From the NCBI GenBank assembly GCA_964016885.1, contig OZ024740.1:243040001-243104000 (forward strand): a stretch of 64,000 nt of DNA, read 5' to 3'. The DNA comes from Eledone cirrhosa. Its lineage: Eukaryota. Shown in pieces: positions 25,925-38,646 of the stretch; within the stretch, counting starts at the first letter, position 1, and each line of letters starts with the position of its first letter. Made by a program: the position numbers and the translations under genes. The notes below the pieces were generated by a model. The model searched no databases and was not told the DNA's origin. It saw only the letters and a list, made by a program, of their open reading frames with translations.

Positions 25925-26290
25925 AAAACCCGCCGAGTTTAGCTTTGCCTTTTATTCTTACGGGGTCAATAAAATAAAGTACCAGTATCACACTGGAGTC
26001 AATTTGATCAACTTTCCCCTTCCCTTCAAATTGCTGGCCATGTGCTAAATGTAGAAACAATTATTATTATTTTAGAAAGGATGGTGGATTGGCAATAATA
26101 TGGATCATTGGACAACATGTATTATGGCATATAGTTACAGCCCTTTATGTTTTGAGTTCAAAATCCTCCAAGGTTAGCTTTGTCTTTCCTCGTTATGGGG
26201 TTGATAAATTAAAGTACTGGAGTTGATTTAACCAACTTTCTCTTCCCTTCAAATTGCTGGCCATGTGCCAAAAATAGAAATTATTATTAT
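25925..26290 (+). mobile_element. Two tandem tRNA-derived SINE copies
   Basis: Same body as the 58260 family, with (ATT)n tails. Confidence 0.8.
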
Positions 26291-26898
26291 TATTTTAGAA
26301 ATTTCCCAATGTGGATTAATTTCTTCTTGAATAGGAGATTTGCTTAACACAGGTTTTCTCATTACAAATTTGTATAATAGGATTTGAACTAAAAATCATT
26401 TAGTGACGCAACTTTGTGACAACTTATACTGTGCTGTCCTTGAAACATTCCCAGTGTGTGAGGAGGGGGTAAAAAAAACAAACAAATTGAGGCAGAATTT
26501 ATATCATAAATCTATGTGTTCTGAATTTGTTACAAGAAAGCTCAATTCTAACACCTTTCTATAAACACCACCACCACCACAAATACCAACATGACTCTAT
26601 AAGCATTTGCAGTAGTTTATGTAATGGTTAAGTTCATATTCCTTTTAAACAAAACTTGAGCATGTGTAATATAACATTTTATCAAGAGTTGACGTCCTTG
26701 AACAACTTGTATAATGTCATATAATATAGTTGAACAAATTCTTTTGGTTTTATCTTGTTTCATTCAAACCAAGCACAAGTTTCAGTTAACTTATCTCGCA
26801 TATTTTATTTCAAGAAATGCAATCTAGGATTGAGACTGGCTTAGAAAATCATACGATTGATAGAATTTTGTCACTAATTTGATATGAATGTAAGTTAC

Positions 26899-26929
26899 CT
26901 ATGATCTATTTTTGGTGAACAACTGCAGC
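26899..26929 (-). CDS. Candidate host micro-exon (31 nt, CSCSPKIDH)
   Basis: ctaatgtgttctgttttatactcag | exon | gtaact. The only open frame is phase 1 to 2, matching 24621-24771. Confidence 0.5.
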
Positions 26930-27374
26930 CTGAGTATAAAACAGAACACATTAGCAGCTCAGTGTTTCACTTAAATATATCTTTATCTTTGACTTAAAGT
27001 TTCAAGATAAATCAATAGCTTTTAGATTACAACCTTAATTTGTGTCACTTTTCAACATTTGATTTTTACTTTTAGGTTTTAGTAAAGGAAAATATAATTT
27101 TATAAGCAATATATATTGGTGGGCAATTATTTCAGGTACTGAACTACTGCATCAAAGTATTCAAGTTCAATCGCTATTTCTGTTATCAATATTTTTGAAA
27201 TGATGAATAGAATCTATAAGAGATGTATTCATTGGTACACTGATCCAGGGCTCAAAGAACTAAGAAGTGGGGGTTCTCATTAATATCTGAAGATCCCATT
27301 TTTTAGAATAGGATCTTCAGATATTAATGAGCCCAAAAGCATTTTTATTCTGCCCTGTAAAATTTCTCTTGGAG

Positions 27375-27650
27375 GCTCTGGTCATGAATATGTGGTTAGA
27401 GTGTCACGGGAAAGAATTGCTGGACAGATTTTATGGGCAAAACCAACTGGCAGGAGACCCAGGGGTAAAACCCAAGCAAGATGGTTGGATAACATCCATG
27501 AGTTTGGCTGGTCTCACTTGGGGATCCAGCTGGATCAATTGGAGGCAGTTGCTTCTGACAGGACCTTCTGGAAGAAGTGTTTGAGGACTCTTCCTCCATG
27601 ATCCTTTCAGGAAAAAGTCAGTGAAGAAAAAGAAAAAGAAGAAAAGATGG
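27375..27650 (+). mobile_element. 3' fragment of a second LINE family (RTE-like)
   Basis: AKPTGRRPRGKTQARWLDNI with a GAA-rich tail. Related minus copy at 62660-63330. Confidence 0.75.
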
Positions 27651-29069
27651 CACTGGTCATGAAATATTCAAACTTATCTCACAAAATTCCATGATTTCTA
27701 CTTCAGATTCTGATTGTTATCAGTAAGTTGGATATTAAGGTATCCCTATCTAATCTTGTTTCCCTTTTTTTTTTATTTAGATATTCGGATTATTTGATTC
27801 CGTTTCACAAATTAATACATCAACTTGATCCCTTTTCTCCAAAATCTGGTTAATAGCAAATCACCTGAAACTACTCTCGGTTCAATGATACAACACTTTT
27901 TTAAAGTGTTCATATTTATTTATATCTATCTATATAATTTTATGTAAAAGGCTAAGCTACAAATGCTTATTTTTTTTAAAAGAAATTGGCCAGAAGCAGC
28001 ATAATAGCAGAATCATTAGAGTGTCGGGCAAAATGTCTTGCAGCATTTGTTCCCGCACAGCACATTCCGAGTTGAAAATCTGTCAAGGTCAACTTTGCAT
28101 TTCATCCTTTTGGGATCGACAAGATAAATTAGCAGTCCAGAAAGGTGGATTGATGTAATTGTTTAAGTGTTGAATGAAATGTCTTACAGCATTCATTTCA
28201 GCTTTTTACTATTCTGGGTTAAAATCTCTCTGTAGCCTACTTAAGTAGCAGATTTAATTTGTCTTCCAGTTTACCTACACCACCACCACCATGACACATT
28301 TGGGTAACTTTAGCAGATTGCACTCTGTTTTAAGTATTCAGACAAGACCCCCAGTTTGAGAATACCTTTTCCCCTTTTCTCAGAAGTTTTGGAATCCCCA
28401 AAATGAGTCACAGCCACTTTTTGGCTAAAACAGTAAATAAAAAAAAAAAAATAAAAGTCATATATTTCTCTTCAGCACTCTTTTCATTTAATTGAATCTA
28501 TAATTTGAATTTAGTTCAATAAGTGCATGTTGTCAAGCATCACAGTACTAAAATGTTTTCCTCTGATCTTCAGAAATAAATACCTTAGTAATTTTATTGA
28601 TACTGTAATGCAAAGAAATATTGTTGCCTGTTGCTTCTGCTTTGAAATGGTGTCAATATTTTCTCAAGAACACAGCAAGTCATTACAACAAAATATCTTC
28701 TTTGTTTCCTTGAACTTCAAAGGTGATGCACTTCAAAGATTAATTTTGAAGTTTGTGCTATTTAAGATTTATTTCTTCTTATTCAATGTAAAGTATTTTC
28801 TTGAAGTTTGCCTTCAGTCTATTGGCTATGCAAACAATCAAAATGGATTTCATGTTTTATATATATATATATATATATGCACAAAATATATACAAGCTGA
28901 TAAAAAGACAGATAAATCATTAACTCTTAAGGTTCAATGAAACAAAAGCAAATAAAAGAAATCATGATATTTTCTAAGTCTTTTCAGGATCCTTTTCAAA
29001 TCCACAGTATTTCTGATTTAATATTTCTTTTTCATCTTGGTTATTCCACAATCACAGAATCAAATATAT

Positions 29070-30385
29070 ATATGTGTAATGTTAGTATGCAAGAACGACA
29101 TAGCATAAGTGAACTGAGAGGAAAACTTGGCATAAGAAGAATTGGATGTCATGTGCAAGATAGAGAAGACTGCACTGAAATGGACATGTGATGCATATGG
29201 AGGATAGCAGCTGCATAAAGAGATGCAGAACAATCACAGTGGTTGGAACCCAAGGAAAAGGTAGATCCAGGAAGCTTGGGATGAGGTAGTGAAGAGCAAC
29301 CTTAAGAAACTAAGCCTTACAACTGAGATGATAAAGGATTGAGAGGACTGGTGTTATGCTGAGAGGATGAAAAACTGGCCAGAAGCATACAATATGACCT
29401 GACCCATCCATGATCCCTCCCCCTTCCACTAGCACTCTCCACCATCTATCCTCACCCCTACTGCACCAACCACTCATACCCCCTCCTGAACCACTCCTTA
29501 ACTACTACCCCTCTCTAAAGACATTAGATATCCCCACCATTGCTAGTAGCTACTTTCTCTATCCCTTGTTCACCTTCCCTCATTATCACACCTTACCCCC
29601 TCACTACTCCTACAACTTCCTACCTGTCTCCCTCTAGATCGGAGAGGGCTCTACAACTCTTTGCTAAGATCATTGTAGCATCTGGTTGTTTTACAGATAT
29701 TTCCGTGTTTGAGATACCTACAATTTTACAACATATATATCATCATCATCAATTTTACGTCAGCTTTTCCATGCTTGCATAGGTTGGACAGATCCTTCTC
29801 AGCAAGGCATCTCTCCACACACCTTGATCTTTTGTCATCGCCTCTGTGAGTCTCTGTGTTTTGAGCTCAGCTACAATTTCTGCCCAGGTCTTTCTTGGTC
29901 TACCTCGACTGTGACTTCCTTTCACTGGCATTTCCTGGCACTTCTTCACCCAACAATCATTGCCCATACACATCATATGTCCAAACCAATGCAGTCATCT
30001 GTCCTACACACCATCTCAGATTCCCCTTAAACCCAGCTTCTCCCTCAGCTCATCCAAGCTCTGCATTTCTCTCATATTTACATTGCACATCCAACGGAGC
30101 ATGGTTGCTTCATTTCTCTCCTGTCTATGCACGTCCTCAAGTCACAGCCCACGTTTCACGACCATGCAACATTGCACTTCGCACACAGGTGTCAAACAGT
30201 CATCCTTTTGTACATAGGGAGAAACCTTTTGTTGTCAACAGTGGGCGTAGCTCTCTAAACTTTTTCCATCCTATACTTATACCAGCTATTATGCTCTCAG
30301 AGCACCCTCCTCCATTGCTAATTACATTTCCTAGATAGGAGAAGCTATCAACCACTTCTATGGGTCCTTCCTGTGACTGGTTTAA
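29070..30385. mobile_element. Two RTE 3' fragments in opposite orientation (29070-29390 +, 29741-30385 -)
   Basis: SELRGKLGIRRI; VVDSFSYLG...GWKKFREL, GRPRKTW. (CAT)n tail at 29741. Confidence 0.85.
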
Positions 30386-32819
30386 GCATACATCATTGAT
30401 AATATACATAGGCTTACATCCTTGATAATATATATATATATAAAACAAAGTTTTGTAGCTTGCTTGAAGCATTGTTTAATAGGAAACACAAATTTAAATA
30501 ATTTTGAGAAATTAGAAATAAAATTAAATCGCCAAGATTCAAAAGAATCTTACCTTAGCAAATTTAATGATCCCAAATATTTTCGGGTTTAAAAAACCAT
30601 TATCAAGGGAGTAACCCTATGAGGGACTTAAAATCGATCTTAATGACTTGCTTGTTTGGAGAGCAGATTTAAGTTAAATGAAATGAAAAGACATTAAAAT
30701 TTCAAACATGAGCATTGTGAAATGTATGATATATGCATGTGCGTGCGTGAATGCAGGTGTGCTTAGTGGGATGTGCGTGCATGAAGTTGTTCCATTTAAC
30801 ACTATACACCCCCAGGAGCTAACGGGGGGGGGGGGGGTCTTTTGCATGATTACTCAACCTGCTAGAAATAGTTACTCAAATCTCACTGAAATTATACTCT
30901 AATATCTTGAAAATGGAGATACACACATTGGATAATGTAGTCCTAGATACACAATGTTTAACAGAAGAATGGGATAGTCATGGATGAAGTACTGTTCATA
31001 GGTCTTCCAAGTCCTAAGTGACCTGTGATTAAACAGCAATAACAACAAAATACATTCCCAAAACATACAAAATGACATGGTACTGAACTAAGTAACTACT
31101 TGTGAAAGATTCAACAACCTATGAACAATGTTTTGTGTTTGTCAGGCATAAAAATAAATTATTTCAAATTTCAGTAATTTTTTTCTTGCATTTCTTTGAG
31201 TATAAAACATAATCTGTATCAATTGCCAGAGTTCATGTTCAAGTTGTAATTCTGGACAAACTAAAAAGTAACTTGGCCTCAGTTAAAAGTGAAAAATATA
31301 TCAGATTATTTGAAAACATTATCAGGAATCTCATCAAGCAATCTTTTTCGAAAAGATTTAATGATACTGGAATTTAAAATGGAATCATATTACCCTTTAA
31401 AATCATATTTTAGAAGTTCTATATCTTTGGTGTGGTGGAAATCAGATAAGATTTCTCAAGTTACTTCATTTTATAAGTAATAAAATATGAAAATACCTTG
31501 ATTTCATAAGTAAATAATTCTTGTTATTTCATAGAGTTTATAATATCTAATAACAATACAATGAAGAAGATGGATTGCAACAGAAGTAAAGCAACAGCAA
31601 CAACGGTGCTGCTTTTTTAATCAATTGAAATTAAAAGAAGATACATCATTAGCATTAGATCATAATTCTTATCAAAAGATACAAGAGAGAGAACTCTAAA
31701 ATTGAAAATGATTAAAACTTAAACAGCTATATGCAATTGGGACTGTGATTGATCTTTGGGAGTTAGATGATTACTCCAAATATGTTTTGTTATTATTAAA
31801 CCTCCTTAACAAAACAAACTTCATTCAATTTTTAATCAATTTATGTTTCAAAGTTCTTTCCCTTGCCCCTCTTGACAAGAATTGGCATTAATACAAATGA
31901 CTTTCTGCCTATTTAATTTCGATTCATTAAAAATTATTTTTAGCTCACATCATTCAGTATGTTAGTCTGCATTATATGTTCCTCATGCAGAAAGCATTCC
32001 TGAGAAATTTTCCAGCAATAGAAAAAATTTATGATCAGATGAGTAATGTTGCTTCAATATATATTGAAGTTCAATAAGTTTGCTGGTTCAATGCATTGAT
32101 AAGTTGAAATCAAAATATTTCTTCTTCCTGCTGCATTCAGCAATTAGTGGTTCGGGAAAATATCTACATATTTCGATTTGTAGTCAATGTTCAATATTAA
32201 AAAAGAGGTAAATAAAGGGCCTGTAGAGAAAGTCTGTTGGACTATACACTTCCTATGATGTGTAGCTTGTGTTCTATGCATTAAAAAAAAACAATAATTT
32301 TATAAGAACAAGAGAAGTATTGATTCTGTCTTCATTCTAAAGCCTGCTTGCAGAAAAATGTCTGATAACAGGGATAATAGCTCGTTTATTTTTTGTTTTT
32401 AGTTTTTTTTTTTTGTGTGATTAAGCAGCATGAATAAAAAGAAAATAGCTTGGAAATATAGCCATTCCAAGAATTTGCCACACATAACGTTTATAAATGT
32501 CAGTTGAAGGAAGTTTATAGATAGTGAATGAAAAGTAGTCATACAGGTAGCTGTCTAGTTCTGATCTAAAATGCTGCTAAAAACATAGACCAATTTTTTT
32601 TCCATGATACTTATAAGGGCTACAAAGAAAAAATAATACAATAGTACCTTGCAAAATAATACAATAGTACCAGACAAAAAAAGATAAGTGGAACTGAGAA
32701 ACAAGTGTTAAGACAAATTGACAAGTTACTTAGCAAGGTTATTGTTTCTTACAATTTGTTTCTTTTTCAAGAGATATTGACTGTTAAACATCTCTAATAT
32801 TCACACACACACACAAAAT

Positions 32820-33005
32820 AATTGTTTCTACTTTTGGCACAAGGCCAGCAAATACTCAGTACATTACTGGTACTTTATTTTATCGACCTCGTAAGGATGA
32901 AAGGCAAAGTTAACCTCGGCGGGATTTGAACTCAGATCGTAAAGGGCCGTAACTCTTTGCTGCAAAGCATGGTGTCCAACCATCTACTGATACTGCCAAC
33001 CCACC
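32820..33005 (-). mobile_element. tRNA-derived SINE, full length
   Basis: Reverse complement of the 58260 family. Confidence 0.88.
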
Positions 33006-33228
33006 AAAATAATGCCTATCAACTTCTAGGGTGTATTTTGATTTTTGTTTTAAAAAACTATTCATATGAGGTTGTCCAAATGAGAGATTTCCAAAACATT
33101 AAAACGATGAAAACACTAGTCAAGAAGATGTTTTATAATATATATCATCATCATCATCCACATTTAGCATCCATTATTCCATACTTTCATGGGTTAGATG
33201 GGTCGTCCAGGCTCCCAAATTGTGGATC

Positions 33229-33284
<56 letters not shown>

Positions 33285-33287
33285 CTA

Positions 33288-33890
33288 TGGACACGTGATG
33301 CACATGAAAGTCGATAGCTGTATAACAAAGTGCAGGGCAATAAAGATAGACGGTAGTCACGGAATAGGCAGACCTAGAAAAACCTGGGACGAGCTGATAA
33401 ACTCCGACATCACACACTTACACCTCTCCAAGACAATGTCACTGGACCGAGACCTTTGGCGGTACTCAGTAACAGAGAAGACCCGCCTTACCTAAATATA
33501 TAGTAAAACCTACTCCAACCAGTAGGCATCTCTAACAAAATACACCCCGTCCCACCACCACCACCCCCACCCCATCCACACCACCCCGTTCTATGTAAAG
33601 TTATGTTGGTGCCGCGCCATAGGCCGAAACAAATGAGATCGTGTAGGTGTCACGACAAAAAAACACACAGTCCACGCTGTAATGTGGCCGTGTAGGCAAC
33701 ACGGTAAAAACCTCCCAGACCCACACTGTAAATGTGGTTGGTGTTAGGAAGGGCATCCAACTGTAGAAAACCTGCCAGACAGTCCTATGCGAACAAGACA
33801 ATCACTCTTGCCTCAAGTGGGACTACCCCCGTCCAAACCCATGCAAGCGTGGAACACGGACGTTAAACGTTGATGATGATGATGATGATG
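33288..33890 (+). mobile_element. Young RTE 3' fragment with TSD ATACTA
   Basis: GHVMHMK...GRPRKTWD, UTR, (GAT)n tail. ATACTA at 33282-33287 and 33891-33896. Confidence 0.92.
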
Positions 33891-34369
33891 ATACTAATAG
33901 TTATACTTATATATAGAATTATAAATAAGATAAGGGTAATATTGTATATTTCCCGATTACTAGTAAGATAATTAGCTCAATGTAAAATATCATATATACT
34001 ACAGAGCAGAAATACAACATAGATAACAATAAAATTTATTTTGTTTAATGCATTTAATTGCATGTCTGAAAGAAACAATCGTTAGCAATTAAATGCCTTA
34101 AATAAAATTTGATTGTTATCTATGTTGTGTATATATATATATATATATCTATATATACACACAAAATTTCCTCAATTCAAACCGATGAGTTAGACGTGCT
34201 GTGAGGAGGAGGGGGCGGCCTCAGTACTATAATATCTTATCCATCCCAAAAGGGAGAAAGTAAAAACTTCAGCAACATTTAAATTCAGAATGCAGAGATC
34301 CAGGAAAAATACCACAAAGCTACTCTGATCTAATGCTCTAACAGCGCTGTATTTTGTATGTGAACATGG

Positions 34370-34885
34370 TCTATCATCTCTTCCCATCCTCATTGCTGAG
34401 GGTCAGCAACCATAGACAACTGCACCAATGTTCATCTATATGGTGTTCTATGTCCATGATTCTCATTAGGAAAAAAGTGAAGTTGGCGGGTCCTGAATCC
34501 TTGTCCAATCATTACCCAGAAGATGGCTATGGAGCTGCAGCTCATATGCCTTCATCATAAGGATGGAGTCTTGACCACCCAGGTTGATACCAAGGTGACT
34601 AAGGTGTCCTGTCTATCCTAGTTTTAGAAATTAGAGTGATCCTTCTCCTAAATAGACTGCCAACCAAGGCTGGTGAGCTCTAGATTCAGTATTGGATGAC
34701 TGTTAACTCACTAGTGTTCTTCCACCCTTTGATAGGTTTTGTTTTCCATCTGGCAGGGTGTCAAAAAAATCACCCTCGTCACCAAGCAAACTTGGTGTGT
34801 TTGGCAATTTAGTCACTGATGACCTGATCATGTGACAGGTTGTATTAGGTTACATGCTACTAATAGCGCTCAAGATTGAATCGAA
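34370..34885 (-). mobile_element. Non-coding RTE-type 5'UTR relic
   Basis: Minus strand ggcagtctatttaggagaaggatcactctaatttctaaaac matches the motif at 48818-48860 (+). Several short hairpins. Confidence 0.45.
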
Positions 34886-34989
34886 ATGTGAGCATGCATA
34901 AAAAGTGGACAGGTGTATGCCCCTTGTTACTTTTCTATTTATTCACTGTTTACATTCGATATCCTTGGATAGAAAAAGAAAACACCATC

Positions 34990-35260
34990 ACACCTTACCC
35001 TCCTTAAGCATAGGCAGCATACAAATAGTGCCCTTGCAATCACCAAGGGTCTTTCATGTCAACTGCCCATCCTTAACATAACTAGAACCACATTACAAAA
35101 GCTGGCCTTTCTCTTCAGGGCCAGAAAATACTTCATACACTAACAATTACTGATACCCAACAAAGTTCAGGTGAGACCCTCAATGGTGCACTGTTCCCAT
35201 ATCTGGGATAGTAGTGCTATCCTAGATCATATCCAGAGAAAATGTTTGTCAACTGACCAA
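34990..35260 (+). pseudogene. CR1/Jockey-group RT C-terminal relic
   Basis: QKLAFLFRARKYF...QVRPSMVHCSHIWD...LDHIQRK. Confidence 0.65.
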
Positions 35261-35909
35261 GCAGACCTGAATAGACTATACTATGCTGAGGAGATCTTAG
35301 GGATCGAAAGATGTCTCTAGTTGTTGTCTATTACCTGAAAAACAAGATGACATTTTCCCCCTAAGCATGTTAATTAACTTTGAAAGATTAATTCTAAATA
35401 TCTTGAAATTGTCTCCCTCTAAGCTTTGTTTTCTTTCTATAAGAGGTAAATTTTAATTAAAATATTTTTTGGCGCAATTATAATAAGAGCACAGATACAT
35501 GGCAAATGGGTATGAATAAACTGAATGCTTGTATTTATAGATTACTGTTATTCCTGAGTGTAAGATTACATTTAGGATGAAATAAATCTTAATTACTCAT
35601 TACTTAATTACCTATTTAGCCATCCAAATTGAAGAACCATATCCTTGAAGCTATTGATGAAAAGCAAGATTTTGTAATGATCTGATAAAGAACTGAAATT
35701 TTAACAGCTCATTACTCTACAGTTATCATTTATTACCATCATTATTAATAGTATCATTATTATTATCATCATCATTATTATTATCATCATCATCATTGCA
35801 TCATTGAAGAATGGAACTTTTGATTCCTTGTGACACATTCCAGGTAACAACAACAGTTCATGCTGTTTCAGGCTTTTATTCTACAGTTGCTAAAAAGTTA
35901 GGAACTAAC

Positions 35910-35987
35910 CTGGGAAAACCAACAGGTTCTTTTTTTTTTAATCATTTTATTCCAGAATATGAAGGCATTGTGAGAGAGAGCTACCAA
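35910..35987 (-). CDS. Candidate host exon (78 nt, LVALSHNAFIFWNKMIKKK...)
   Basis: tttttttatttaacttcag | exon | gttagt. Single open frame, phase 0. Contains an A10 run. Confidence 0.5.
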
Positions 35988-36803
35988 CTGAAGTTAAATA
36001 AAAAAAAATTAAAAAAATTTGTAGCATAAAATCAAAATAACCCTTTCAATACACTTGAACATTCTGGAGAGACTCAACCTTTAATATAGCCATTTGGAAA
36101 CCAATTTATAAATAACACTATTTTCTTCTGCATGAACTCCATCTTGGTAGCTTATGTGATTTTTAATGCAGCTCGCTAAGATAAAATACACACAGAAATG
36201 ATAAAATACACCCATGTAATGTCAAATCACTGGCTTGGTAAGCCAGTGATATGCCATTGCCTTTTCTAAATAGTCTAAAAAATTACAATTCCTGTTGTTG
36301 TGGGAAAGGCAACAGAAGTCCTTGCTCTTTCCCTCCTTTTCTTTGCATTTTTGGCATTTATAGTCCTTTCCTCTACTTTCCTATACCTGCCAGATCTGTC
36401 CTTCTTTACCCTTTCCCCCTTGTTTTTTTTCATTACTTAATTTTGTTTTTATCTTTCTTTTTAATATTTCCATCATTGTATATCTTATGTTTGAAAAATA
36501 TAGTTGACAATATGTTTATATATAACAGATAAGAAAATAAAATGCTGAATTTGTACACCAAAATAGAGCTGAACAAAGAATTATCAAAATACATCTATTC
36601 ATCATTGCCATGAAGTGGCAATCTATACATCTTGTTTCCAAGTAATTTTAAAACTTTCATATAGGACTTGAAATTAAGAAGATTCAGTTAATTTCTAATT
36701 TTCAATGCTCCAAAACAATCTTAGCTGGGATGTGAAGAAATGAAGAACAAAAATAAATTAAATATTACATGAGACAATATGGAAGCCTCTATATGGTCAC
36801 TCA

Positions 36804-38646
36804 TCATCATCATCGTTTAACGTCCATCTTCCACGCTTGCATGGGTTTGGACGGGAGTTTTCCCACTTGAGGCAAGAGTGGTTGTCTTGCTCGCATAGGA
36901 CTGTCTGGCGGGTTTTCTACAGCTGGATGCCCTTCCTAACACCAACCACATTTACAGTGTGGAACTGGGAGGTTTTTACCGTGTTACCTACACGGCCACA
37001 TTACAGCGGGGACTGTGTGTTTTTTTTTGTCGTGACACCTACACGACCTCATTTGTTTCGGACTGGATGTTGTGGTACCAACATAACTTTACATTGAATG
37101 GATGGGGTGGGGGTAGTGGGACGGGGGTGTATTTTGTTAGAGGTGCCTACTGACTGTAGTAGGTTTTACTTTGTATTTAGGTAAGGCGGGTCTTCTCTAT
37201 TACTGTGTACCGCCAAAGATCTCGGTCCAGTGACATTGTCTTGGAGAGGTGTAAGTGTGTGAGGTCGGAATTTATCAAGTCGTCCCAGGTTTTTCTGGGT
37301 CTGCCTACTCCGTGGCTACCGTCTATATTTATTGCCCTGCACTTTTTTATACAGCTGTCGTCTTTCATGCGCATCACGTGACCATACCAACGTAGCCTTC
37401 TCTCGAGTAAACAACATCTGATCCCTCTTATTTCTAATTTTTCCCTTAGTTCGTTAATGCTTTGCCGTTCACGTATATTACTATTACACATCCAGCGGAG
37501 CATGCAAGCTTCGTTCCTCTCTAGTCTGCGTATATCCTCTGCACACAATCCCAGGTCTCATTGCCATGCAACATTGCTGTTCGTATGCAGGCATCATACA
37601 GCCTGCTTTTCATTTTTAGAGAGAACCCTTTAGCGGCTAATAGTGGTATAAGCTCTCTGAACTTTTTCCATCCAGTTCTGACTCTAGCTACTGTACTTTC
37701 AGAGCACCCTCCCCCACTGCTGATTTTGTCACCCAGGTAACGGAAGCTGTCCACTATTTCTATAGAACCCTCTGTGCAATTGAAAGAGCTAGTATTCTCT
37801 GGGCACTTGCTGCTACTTATTGCACCAAAGCACCGGCCACATGTAAAATCTATGTTCTTAGTTAGCTTACCTGTGATCCCACTACATCTTTTATACACCC
37901 ATACTTTGCATTTGGGACATAAAATGGAGTTTCTACCTACTCCTTTCCTACACACTGAGCATGGCCGTTTCCCGGATGGGACCGGCGCCCTATTTTCCTT
38001 CCTACAAACTAGAACTTTAGTCTTAGACAGGTTAATTTTAAGGCCTTTTGATTCTAGTCCGTGCTTCCATGTTTGGAATTTCTTCTCTAGTTCGGCCATT
38101 GATTCAGCTATGAGTGTTAGATCATCTGCGTATAGGAGTTCCCATTCGCAGCCGGTCTTGAACTCCACTGTTATAGCCTGAAGGGCAATAATAAATAGTA
38201 GGGGGCTAAGAACGGAGCCCTGATGAACACCAACTTTTACGCTAAACTCTTCACTATATTCGTTGTTAATTCTAACCTTGCTGACTGTTTCTTTATACAT
38301 GGCTTGTATAGCTCTCACAAGCCATTCATCAACACCTATTTTTCTAAGAGCACACCAGATAATGGAACGGGGGGGGGGGGCTCTGTCGAAGGCTTTCTCC
38401 AAGTCGACAAAAGCTAAGTATAGGGGTTTACTTTTAGCTACGTACTTCTCCTGTAGTTGTCGTACAATGAAAATAGCGTCTGTGGTACTTTTGCCTGACA
38501 CAAACCCGAACTGCATTTCATCTAGATCAATTCTCTCTCTGATTAGTTGCGCTATTACTTTTTCTGTGACCTTCATGACCTGGTCGATTAATTTAATGCC
38601 TCTATAGTTACTCCTATCTAGGGCATCTCCTTTACCCTTGTAGCAG
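36804..38646 (-). mobile_element. Young 5'-truncated RTE LINE (RT + PHD) with TSD CACTCA
   Basis: ORFs of 351 aa and 123 aa separated by one frameshift. YADD present. CACTCA at 36798-36803 and 38647-38652. Splits an older dispersed repeat. Confidence 0.95.

Noticed and set aside
28527-28940. 137-aa plus-strand ORF
   Set aside because: Low-complexity AT-driven composition running through (AT)n with no motif. Possibly antisense to a decayed element.
31949-31999. Possible 51-nt minus exon ECFLHEEHIMQTNILND (also 30554-30616, 39082-39110, 20479-20497 and one starting at 13319)
   Set aside because: Weaker splice sites or unresolved phase; not distinguishable from chance without RNA data.
32632-32671. 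Short direct duplications (also 12510-12575 and 59935-59976)
   Set aside because: Ordinary slippage duplications with no further structure.
34811-34850. CTGATGA-CCTG...CAGG possible hammerhead
   Set aside because: Followed by TTGT rather than GAAA, with no stem III.
34690-34885. Possible HDV-like or twister ribozyme in an RTE leader
   Set aside because: Short hairpins are visible but I could not fit either ribozyme topology by eye.
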